This document shows positions 50,251-60,752 of a stretch of 64,000 nt of DNA, piece after piece. The notes under the pieces are model-generated. The model ran no database searches and had not been told where the DNA came from. It saw nothing but the letters and a program-made list of their open reading frames with translations. Every line of letters begins with the position of its first letter. Positions within the stretch are counted from its first letter, which is position 1. Origin of the DNA: Azolla caroliniana (lineage: Eukaryota > Plantae > Polypodiophyta); the NCBI GenBank assembly GCA_043228905.1, contig JBHGNT010000013.1, positions 2,728,001 to 2,792,000 on the forward strand, read 5' to 3'. The translations under genes and the position numbers were made by a program.

Positions 50251-51419
50251 TTTAACTCTTCATCTAATTGACTAAGGATTTCAAATTTATTTGAGATACT
50301 TGGGCTAATAGTACTATGAATACTATCTGACACTCTATTAGTACTATTAATACTATCAGACACTCCGAAGGGAAGATTTGACTCGGGTTTAGTACAGGTG
50401 ACGATTTGATTTACCTGTCTCCTTGGCCTATGGGGACAATTGATGGCGATATGCCCTGGTCCACCGCAATAAAGACATAATCGATTTGTACGGCATCACT
50501 GCTTTTCTTCTTCGGATAATGGCCCTCGACGACGTGTAGTGTCAATCTCCATCGGAGTCGGAGTATTTGCTGGAGGCACATTATATGACTCCCTCGAAAA
50601 AGGTCTTGCTACCACTGAGGCGTAGGTGGGCTCTGATCTTGCCCTCGGCATCTGTAGCTGTCGTTCCGAACGTCGCTCAAAGAGGCGGTTGTCACATCTC
50701 ACCGCTCGACTGATTGCTTCTGTTAAGGACTTTGGCTCTTCGGGGAAGGTCAAGAGTAAATCCTTGACGTCGTTGCGTAAACCATAACGGAATTGCTCCA
50801 TCAACGCTTGATTATCCCAAGGGATATCGGCGGTGAGTAGGAGAAAATCTGCAGCGTATGCGGAGGCTGGACGGTCACCTTGGCGTAATCGCCAAATTTT
50901 GTTGATTGCGGTCCTGATGTTATCAGTATCCTCGAAACATGCTTTAAACTCACCTAGAAACTCTTCAAAATTGTTGAATAACGGAGATTCCTTTTCTAAT
51001 AGTGGAGCGAACCATGACAATGCTGAGCCACTTAACAAAGTGCCTACTAAACCCACTCGTGATGCATCGGTGGGATATCGGGAAGGAAGCATTTGAATAA
51101 CTAATCGTACTTGGTTAAGGAACCCTCTAAACTGCGATCGCGTTCCATCGAACTTCGTGGGAAGGCCAATGTTGGCTTCTTTATGAATCCCTTGTGTTCC
51201 GGGCCCTTGTTGTTGCATCGCTATGATGGTTGCTTCAAGTTCTTGCACGCGTAACGCAAGTTCCCCATGTTGTTGTTGCGTTTGCTGCTTTTCTAAGGAG
51301 ATTTGCTGAAGATCCCCCAACAACTGTTGGTTTTCTTGTTCCAAAGCATGGAACTTCTCTTTCAAGCATTGAAATTCCGAGAAAACAGATTGATATTCTT
51401 CAGAGCTAACAGTGGCCAT
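50244..51419 (-). pseudogene. gag of element C (one internal TGA at 50496, then zinc knuckle CLYCGGPGHIAINC)
   Basis: 307-aa ORF plus in-frame continuation to a TGA at 50244. Confidence 0.88.
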
Positions 51420-51766
51420 GGGATGAAAGAAAAGAGGAATAAGAGATTAGTAGGAAATGAGAGAGAGACACAAGGTAGAGAAATTGGTTCAAACTGTCAG
51501 GAACAGTACTAAGACAGAGAAGGAATTAGTACTAAACGAAGGATTAGTACTATGAGAGGTGTAGAACTCCTTCGAGAGAAGGAAGAAGTGAGCGAGATGG
51601 AGAGAAAGAGAGAGATCGAGAGAGGGAGAGAGTGATGATAAGAAAGATATGTATTATGTGAAGAGAATATACAATGGTGGCTAAAAGGCTTAAGACTGGC
51701 GTTGAACCAATTTGGTTCAAAACAATGCCTTGTGCCTCCTTTTATAGTGTTTTTAGGAATAATCCT

Positions 51767-51789
51767 GAAGCTTCTAGAATGTTCTAGAG
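51767..51789. promoter_or_regulatory. Heat-shock element in the 5' LTR of C (also 45796-45818 in the 3' LTR)
   Basis: GAAgcTTCtaGAAtgTTCtaGAG, about 20 bp upstream of TATAAAA at 51746 (minus strand). Confidence 0.7.
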
Positions 51790-52288
51790 AGATCTGGAAT
51801 ATACATCAATTTCCTATGATAAATTATAAATGAAAATAATATCTTATAAATTACAATTCATAGTCTAATGGTAAGAGCTCGACCCATGTAGCATAAGGTC
51901 ATGGGTTCAAGTCTTGCCATATCATGACAGACATAGCTCGGTTTACGAGTATGGGGAGAATACATAGATGAAGGAACAGAAAGAGTGAGATTTATATTAA
52001 ATGAGAAAGCTCACAGTGATTATAGTGCACGACTCTCGGCCGAAAACAATTTGTGTAGAGCTCAGTGCTACGATATTAATCTGGCTAAATAATCTAGGTA
52101 TCTCCATCCTCGAGGTATGTAGATCTCGATTTATATAGTTTTCTTCTTTAGACAGAGCTGAGCCATCGACTGATTGTGAGGGCTAAAAAACTCGACTATT
52201 CTAGTTCTACCTATTTCCTCACCTACTTTTCTACCTACCGGCGAGTTTACATATTATGTATTTATATTTTTGGCCTATGGACAACACC

Positions 52289-52305
52289 TGGCACGCCCGT
52301 GGGAC
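52289..52305 (+). promoter_or_regulatory. Inverted tRNA-Arg PBS occupying the PPT position of element F
   Basis: TGGCACGCCCGTGGGAC begins 2 nt inside the LTR end at 52286. No purine tract is present. Confidence 0.7.
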
Positions 52306-52429
52306 AGGACTTCGTCCGTCGAACCCACGATTCACAAAGTGGAGGGATAACCACGGATTTTGCAAAAAATCAACCAAAATTTTACAAAATTTACCCGTTT
52401 ATACAAGGGGCTTATGGGTTTGTTTTAAT

Positions 52430-53690
52430 CCTCTTCTAATATGTCGAGGATATCCTTGGGGGCGTGGGGTTGGTTTGGCTGCTCGGAAGGTGGGGTTGGT
52501 GATGGGGGTTTTGCTGCCGAGTCGGGGATGACAGTGTCTTCGCGTGCGCCGCCCTCTGTTGGTTCCGATTCAGGTAGGGTCATGGTCGTAGTTTGTGGCT
52601 TGGTTGTGATGTGGGGATCTGTAGGGGCGGGTCCCTCCTATCAGGCTTCCATGGTGGTTGTTGTTGGCGGTTCTAGTGCGTGGTCCTCGGTCGTGGGAGC
52701 TCTGTTCATCATGGTGGCTAGGCGTTCCTCCTCGTAAGCTTCGGCTTCTAATGGAACATCATTTGATCATGGTTGAATTCTTCTAGAAGTTGCTCGATTG
52801 CCGCGGTGTGGGATGCTGCTAAGGTATGATATTCCTCAGTCAAGTCTTCACGGAGGGTCTGGATGCTGGTGTCATCCATCTTGTAGAACCCTCGGCCCTC
52901 CTTCTTGCGGTTCTCGGCGTTCGTGCGTAATATGTGTAGTTCAATGGCTTGGGCTGACCATTTCATGCCATACATGGTCGAGCGTGTCCTCGATCTTCTT
53001 GGTGAGTTGCTGGCGATATTTGTTGATTAGGATCTTTATTTTGGTATCGTCCATGCTGATGCTAGCTCGGTGAACTTCCACTTCCTCCCTTGCGGCCTTG
53101 GCGTCTTCTTGGCATTTGTGGACGAGGAGCGCCAGAGTAGCTTGGTTATCTTTTGCTTTTGTGGTTATGAGCGCGATTGTCTGCTCGTATCGTTTGGTGA
53201 GCTGAGCTACAATTTCGTCCATTTCTTGTCTCCAAGAGTCCCGTTGTCGTTCCCTAGCGGCGATGTCCTCTGTTTGCAACTAATGATAAGCATAAGAAAT
53301 TTTCACCCTTTGCTCTTCAGAGATCCTCAACTTTTGCATGTGTTCGTTTGCAAATTCTTGTAATGCCCTTTGTTGACGGCGTAATTCCTGGTTATCTGCG
53401 AATAGCTCGCGTTCCCGTTGGCTATTCCTCTCTGCTTCTTTGATGAATCGTTCTTTGGCTTCGGTGATAGAGACCTGAAGGTTCATCACCTCTCTTTCTT
53501 GTGCTTTGAGTGCGGCCGAGCTTTCATCAAGCAGTCGCTTGAGGTAAGCTTCACAGCCCCCGGCTTGTTCCCTAGTTGGCCAATAATGTTGTTGTGGTTT
53601 TGTTCTGCTAACTCGGCCAGAGCGATCTGGGCCTTAAGCTCCTCTTGGTAGTCACGGAGGGGAGGCCCTGTCTGGGTTGCATGTTCCTTA
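52430..53690 (-). pseudogene. Extra ORF downstream of pol in element F (coiled-coil-rich, decayed)
   Basis: ORF pieces 53280-53489, 52941-53279 and 52748-52975 are E/Q/R-rich heptad-like sequence separated by single stops or frameshifts, followed by a P/T-rich tail. Confidence 0.55.
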
Positions 53691-56600
53691 AATATTCTAC
53701 TTTAAGGTGAAGGTGACTAGTTGGTGCGCCTAAGAAAATGTCGTGATTTGGGGTGATTTGTTAGGTAGTTTAGGTAAGGCTAATTTAAATGCTAAAACTA
53801 TTCCTACTATACAAATTTGGTGGGTAGGTCATTATTTTACCGATGGGGACACATGGCCTCCTTCGTGGCGTTGTCTGTGAACTGGTCCGTGCCGTGAGAC
53901 TCGGCGAAGGGATTATCTGGGGTATTTCCGTGGTAAGGTCGAAGTCAGAATCCAATTACCCAGCTTTTGACGATGTCTCCGGCAAGTGTGCCGAGTTGGA
54001 ATGTGCCGTTAAACTCGTTAATTATCCAGAAGGGGCCTGTCCATCGGAATCATAATTTCCCTGGCATAGCACCGAGTCGTGTTTGGAAGACCAGTACCGG
54101 TTTGCCGATGGTAAGTGTATTCTCCATACCTTTCCGGTGATGATCGATGAAGGCTTTGCGTTGTCGTTGGCTTTGTTCTAGTTGAGCCCTACTGGCCACT
54201 CGATGTTCGCCGATTTCGAGGAGTTGTTCGAGCCGATATTGATCTTATTGGGCCTCAGGTAGCCTTTCCTTAACCTGAACTTGGAGACTCGGAACTTGGA
54301 ACTTGATCGGCATGATTGCTTCCAAACCAAAGGCCATCCGAAAGGACATAGATTGAATGCTAGTTTTAAATGTGGTGCGATACGCCCATAATGCACTCTG
54401 GAGCTTGTCATCCCAATTGGTGCGGTTCTCATTGACGATCTTTTTCAGGATTGTTTGCAAAATTTTATTAGTAGATTCCGCCAATCCGTTTGCCTGAGGA
54501 TAGTACGGTGTACTTTTCTTATGTACGACCGTGTAGTGTGAAGTGAGCTCGTGAATTATGTGGTTTATAAAATGCCCGCCTTGGTCACTAATGAGCTCGA
54601 TTGGGCATCCATATCGGCACCATAGATGTTTGTATATGAATTTTGCCGTGGATGCAGCCGTTTTATCTCGTAGTGCCTTAGCCTCGACCCATTTTGTGCA
54701 ATAGTCCGTGGCCACGATTATGTATTTGTTACCGGTGCGAGCTGTGACTAGTTTGAAAGGTTTGACAAAATCTAACCCCCACTTTTGAAATGGCTCTAAC
54801 GGGAGAATGGGTTGGTGCGGCATCCGGGCTTGCTCGGTCGGTTGTCCCATGCGTTGACACAGATCGCACTGTCGACAAAATTCATGAGCATCTTTTTTTG
54901 TTGTGGGCCACCATAAGCCACTCTACCATATTTTTCTTGCCGTGGCCTCTAATGTCCCCACGCAATTCCGTGATGTGCCTCCTAGAGGATTGCGTGTTTC
55001 TCAAATTGACGGATTGCACGACACCAGATGTTGTCCGAGTCTTTGTGGTAGAGGTGTCGGGTCGGAGACCAAACAAAAGTTTCGGCTCCTGACAGCTAGT
55101 CGTTTCTGAGCATCGAGGGTCAAGTGGTCGGGAGGAAGGCTGGTGCTGAGAAAATGGGTCATCTCCGTGATCCAGTCATCTTCATTTTTTTCTGGCACCG
55201 TTGTGAGACTGAAAAGGGCAGCGTCGGGTAGATCATCCTACGTGGACTCTGCTGGTTCTCCTGACTCGAGGCAGCTCAGGTAGTCAGCTATGACGTGTTG
55301 GACTCCGGGCTGGTGCTGGATCTGAAAATCAAACTCTTGTAGCAGGAGCATCCATTGGGTCAGGCGACTTGTGAGGGCTTGCTTATTAACCAAGTAGAGG
55401 AGAGCCGAGTGATCGACGTGGAATGTGAATTTTCGGCCCACGAGGTAATGCCGGAATTTGTTGATGTTGTAGACCATACCGAGGGCCTCGCGTTCAGTTG
55501 TTGAGTAGTTCTTCTCCGCGGCTGAGAGTCGTCGACTAGCGTAATACACTGGCCGGTACCAATTTGGTGGTGTGCGTTGCATGAGCGCGCTGCCGATGGC
55601 TATATCTGATGCGTCTACGAAAACGTGAAAAGGTTCTGACCAGACTGGTGGCTTTACAACAGGGGCATGGGAGAGCATTAACTTCAAGGCTTGGTAAGCC
55701 TCGTCTTCTATTGAAGACCACTGAAATGGGAGTCTATGCACCGCCGGGTGCAATGGAGTCGCGAAATCGGCCAGGTGTCGTAACATCCGGCTATGCCATC
55801 TGATTTGGCCCAGGAATCGGCTGAGAGCCTTCGCAGTAGAGGGCGCGGGAGCGTTCAGAATGGCTTGCACTTTATTCGGGTCCATGGCGATACCTTCTTG
55901 GCTGACTATGTGCCTAAGAAGGTTGCCGCTTGTCACCAAGAACGCGCATTTTGCCGGATTTAACCTCAACCGAGCTTGTCGATATCGATCGAGACAGAGG
56001 TGTAGCTACGTCATATGCTCTAGCTGTTGGCCATACACGGCAAAGTCGTCGAGGAAAACTTGCATGAACACCGGGATATACTCGTTGAAAATCTATGTGA
56101 TGATGTGTTGGAATGTGGCCGGTGCTGTCTTTAATCCGAACATCATTACCTCGGCCACGAAGACACCCCATTCCGTGACAAACGTTGTTTTCTCCTGATC
56201 GTTCGGGTGCATTCTGATTTGATTATAGCCACTGAACCCATCGAGGAAACTGTAGCATTCATGACCAGCCACCGTGTCGAGGACACTATCCATGAATGAG
56301 AGAGGAAACCCTTCCGTGACTGTCGCAACATTGAGTTTGCGGTAATCAACGCAAACGCGGATTTTCCCGTTTTTCTTGGGGACGACGACAATTGGGCTTA
56401 ACCATGTGGCTCTTTTTACTGGGTGTATAAAACCTACTCGAAGGGGTTTGTCGATTTCCTGTTTGACCTTAACCGCATAGTTGGGGTTCATATGGTACCG
56501 TTGTTGTTGGACCGGCCAAGTGTCAGGCAGGAGTGTACTTGGTGTTGGTAATATTGGGGATCCAATCCCTTCATATAAGTGTAAGACCATGCGAATACAT

Positions 56601-59410
56601 CCTGATACTCCGTGAACAGGCATATTAGGGCTGACCGTTCGTCGGCTGGTAAGTTGTTAGCGATTTGTAGTGTCCGTGGGTTCTCGTTGGAGCCAAGGTT
56701 TAGTGACTCGAGCGTTGATGCTTTGACTCGCTGGGAGATGGCAAGTTCTCGTTCAAATGCGTCCCGAGGTTGTCGTAATTCCACGATAGTTGTGGAATCG
56801 GCCTCGTCCTGGGGAAGTGAATCTACCGTGACATCCTCGTCCGGTGGTGTGCCGAAGGACGAGATGGCGTTTATTTCGAAGAGGGGTATGATAGTGGGAT
56901 GATCTTCCTGGAAGTCATCCACCTCTTCGTCGGCTAACCCATCGAGCTTGTGTACCCCTTCCGCATATAAGGGTGTGGTGTTGTGGGGCGTGGTTAGGCG
57001 TTCTTCTGTTATTACCCGTACCTTGGTCTTCCCCCGACGGAAAGAGATCATATTGTGCTGCCAATGTTGCTTAATATTTGCTGTGCGCAGCTAGGGTCGG
57101 TCAAGCAGCATTGGGTAGGCGCCTGGAGCTTCGAGGCGTAACACGACTGCCGAGATAGTGAACATGTGGCCTCCTAACGTGAAGTCGAGGTGGCGGATTA
57201 ACCCTATGGGGCGAACCGATCGCGTATCGGCCATCCGAAGCCAAAAGGGGCAAGGTTCCCATTGGTTCAGACCGAGTGTGTGACATGTGGCCTCACTGAT
57301 GATGTTCACGCCGGAGCCCCCGTTGATTAGGCATCCATGAAGGTCACGTCCTTTAAGAATAATTTTCACGGTTGGATTTTGGGAATCCATGATGGGTGGG
57401 CCCATCCTTGGCTCTGCCAGGTTAACAGGGGTTGCAGCCGATTTATCGTTAGTTGTGAGCGTAGCGAAGGTATCCCGAAAGCGCGGTATGAGCGGTAAAA
57501 GCTTGTGCAATGGCAGCGAGATCCTAGAACTGGTAAGGGCTTCCCACAAATGGTCAACTTCTACTGCGGTGGATGGTCTTGCAGGCTGTGGTGCTCCGAT
57601 GGTCACGTCCTGCATCTCTGTGTGCATCTGCTCCACGTTGCTTTTATTGGCGGTGTCAATCCATTCCTTGGTTGCTTGTCGGACGTCATCTTGTACTTGC
57701 CATTGGATGGCTTAGGTTTTGCTGCGTGTAGTGATGTGTTGAAGGTGCTCGATAGCGGAGTGGCTTTTGCACAAATTCGGAGCCAAAGCGGAGGGAAAAC
57801 AGTCCAATTCCTAACCGTGCCTTCGACCATAATAATATTCACGGCCGGGGCCTTGCCGCGGTCCATGGTTGGGCATTGGGTAGCGTAGTGGCCGGGTTGG
57901 TTACACTTAAAGTAGGTAACGGATGCCGAGTTGCTGGTGTCACCGTGCTCAGTGTGTGGGAAAGGTTGTGAGCAGTTCCGGGCCACTTGTGTAGGCGTGT
58001 TGGCCCGTGGCGCGTTATGGGGAAGAGAGTTGTGCGGTACGTTTGGAGGAGGGTCCCGACGACGAGTATCGTAATGCCCTCAATTGTTCCGCGAACCTCT
58101 GTAAGAGTTTCTTCTATTGTTTCGTGAATACCACTGATCGTACCGGTCCTCCCGGTCATCGTCATACTGGTCATACTTGTCGTTTGCTCTATATTGGTCA
58201 TTGCGGTATTGGTCACGTCAGTCGTTCGATCTCCTGCGGTTGTCGTGGCGATAACGGTTGTCATCACGGCTGTAGTCGTCGTCGCGGCGCTGACGATCCG
58301 GGGATCGTGGTCACTCGTTATCCCGATGTTGGTATGACTGACGCTCATCCTGCCGTGAGTATGTATTGCGCGGCTCGATCAGGCGAACCGGAGCCGTCGT
58401 TGGGCAGTTGAGCATGTTGTATTCACATTGTTTGATCGTGTGAGATTGGGACTGACAGATTGGACAATATGACCGGTGAGGGCACTTGAGAGCTAGATGG
58501 CCCGAGCCCGAGCAAGCTGTGCATTGGAGGGCTTGGCGGAACCGATTGTCCTCCTGAGGAAGGGTGCTTTGCAAAGAGCCCATGGAGAAAGCCGTGCTAT
58601 GTTGTGTTCGATCGATGGCGAGGACGCGTACGATGACTTGCTCGATTTTCTGGTTAGAGAAATTGGTAAGTGCAAGAGTTGTCCGTAGAGGTTCCCGTAG
58701 GCTGGAAAGGAAGGTATCCGGAATGTGATGCGCGGAGACATCGTCGGCCAATTGTCGGTAGAGATCCTGAAATCGGATCGTGAACTGGGTGATCGTCTCA
58801 TGAGGTTCTTGGCTCATGGAAAATAACTGCCAGAGCAGTTCGCGCTTCAGAACTTCGCAGTGAAATAGTTCTAGAAACTTTGTTTGAACTTCGTGGAACG
58901 TTGTGACCTCCCCCACGTCGAGGTGGGAATACCATCGAGCAACTGGGCCATCGAGGGATAGAGCAAATTCCACGATTTTGGAGGACTCGATTTCGGCAAC
59001 CGATAACCACTGTGTCGAGTGGTTGGCCTGCCATGTGGACACGAAAGCACGGGTGTGCGATTCTGCGTCGGGGCCGTCTGTATATCGTGGGTAAGGGTAA
59101 GGCATGGTATCGAGATCTGGGTTTTCAGGTAAAGCCGGAAAAGGGTTAGGATCAGGTTGGGTGACCTCTGGAGGGCTTGGCGGGGAGATCGGTGCGGAAT
59201 CAACTCGCGACTGGGTATCGGGTGGCGAGGATTGCAACCGGTGAGCTTCCGATAGTTACTGGAAAGATTGGTCAGTGACCGCCGAGTCGGAAGTTCCGTC
59301 GTCTGGCTTAGGGCATCAGGCAAGTGGCCAAGACCGCGTGATGTGATTGGGCGCCGTAATGGCGGCTGAGGTTTGCCTCCTACGTAGTTCGCTGTGACCT
59401 TACAGCTGTA

Positions 59411-59423
59411 ACCGGGCGTGCCA
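59411..59423 (-). promoter_or_regulatory. tRNA-Arg primer-binding site of element F
   Basis: TGGCACGCCCGGT, 5 nt after the 5' LTR end (59429) on the coding strand. Confidence 0.8.
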
Positions 59424-59943
59424 AATTGTGTTAACCGTTTCTGGGGGGGAGGGGGGGGGAACACCTTCGATGAGCCCACAGGCTATCAGTATCAAGGGGT
59501 CGTGTTACGTGGAAGCCTCTCCTACACCGAGAAGACGTTATGGGAACAAGGAGCATACACGGGCTACAACCCGTTAGACATAGACGTAGCTCGGTTTACG
59601 AGTATGGGGAGAATACACAGATGAAGGAATAGAAGAGAGAGATTTATATTAAATGAGAAAGCTCACAATGATTACAGTGCACGACTCTCGGCTGGAAACA
59701 GTTTGTGCAGAGCTCTGTGCTACGATATTAATCTGGCTAAATAATCTAGGTATCTCCCCCCTCGAGGTATGCAGATCTCGGTTTATATAGTTTTCTTCTT
59801 TAGACTGAGCCGAGCCATCAGCTGATTGTGAGGGCTAAAATACTCGACTATTCTAGTTCTACCTATTTCATCACCTACTTTTCTACCTACCGGCGAGTTT
59901 ACATATTATGTATTTATATTTCTGGCCTATGGACAACAACGAC

Positions 59944-60047
59944 ACCGGCCCATCTCTGCAGGTACCGGAGGATTCAGACATATACACAATGTCGTACCCA
60001 TATTCGAGATACAATGAGGAAGCTGACATAGAGGCGCATGCGTTTTC
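59944..60047 (+). mobile_element. gag fragment of an F-related element (continues from ~45300-45369) that hosts F and G
   Basis: QVPEDSDIYTMSYPYSRYNEEADIEAHAF resembles F gag LPENPDLDTMPYPYPRYTDGPDAESHTRAF. Confidence 0.55.
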
Positions 60048-60752
60048 TGTTAGGAAACAGGTCCCTCCGGATGGGAAGTGAGGAGAACAATGTCGAAACC
60101 GGATGAGGAATACCCAGCTACGGAAGACCCGGTGAGAACCGGATGAGGAGTACCCGGCTACGGAGAACCGGATGACGAGTGCCCGGCAAGATCCGGATGA
60201 TACAGGCCCGGTGAGGAGCGCTCACCGGATGAAGGGACATATTCGTAAATATGTCTTCTGAGAGTCCATCGGGGCTCTATTTGTAAATAGACGAAAAGTC
60301 ATATTAGTATAAATATGACTTAGGGCAAACTTATATGAGTGTTGTTGTTGTCATTCTTGTTGGTGCAAGACTAGAGAGCGCGTAACAGTGTACAGAGAGA
60401 GGTCGTTGCCTCTGTTGTAACCGCCGCCTGTGGTGAAGATCGTGAGCACGAGGTCGTTGCCTCCGTGAGCTCACTGTTGTAATCATTGTGATATAGTGAT
60501 AGTTTGGAGTCTGTGGACTCCCGTGGTTTTTTTTCCCTCTCAGGGTTTTCCACGTTAAACATCCTGTGTACCCTTCTCTCCTTTGTGTCGTGTTTTTTTT
60601 CTTTCATTCCCCGTTTTCTATGTTTGATTCTAAGCTCGGTTGTGGCCGAGTGTTGTTCATAGGGAGAGTGTAGTTCATGGCAAAGTGGTATCAGAGCGAA
60701 ACAACACAAGAAATGGACGATTCGTTGGGAGGCATGTTCAAGCTCACCGGCT
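60048..60752 (+). mobile_element. Copia G1 (D family): LTR, tRNA-Met PBS and the first 13 gag codons, joined to an inverted copy
   Basis: LTR starts TGTTAGGAAACAGGTCCC. PBS at 60686-60697. MDDSLGGMFKLTG, then a switch to minus-strand RT. Confidence 0.88.

Larger units (their letters stand above)
45534..51929 (-). mobile_element. Ty3/gypsy chromovirus element C (Tcn1-like), full length, nested in the 3' LTR of F
   Basis: LTRs 45534-45958 and 51495-51929, TSD GACGT/GACAT, PPT AAGGGGGAGATAG. gag from 51419, then PR-RT-RH-INT-chromodomain 50151-45951 with scattered stops. Confidence 0.95.
45370..59938 (-). mobile_element. Ty3/gypsy non-chromovirus element F (Athila/Tat-superclade-like, no extra RNase H seen), full length and decayed, with an extra 3' ORF
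   Basis: LTRs 59429-59938 and 45370-52286 (the latter split by element C), perfect ACGAC TSD. gag 59237-58311 with zinc knuckles, PR 57636-57091, RT 56623-55914 (FLDGFSGYNQI), RNase H 55969-55238, INT ~55076-54000 (WGLDFV…YYPQANGLAE). Confidence 0.93.
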
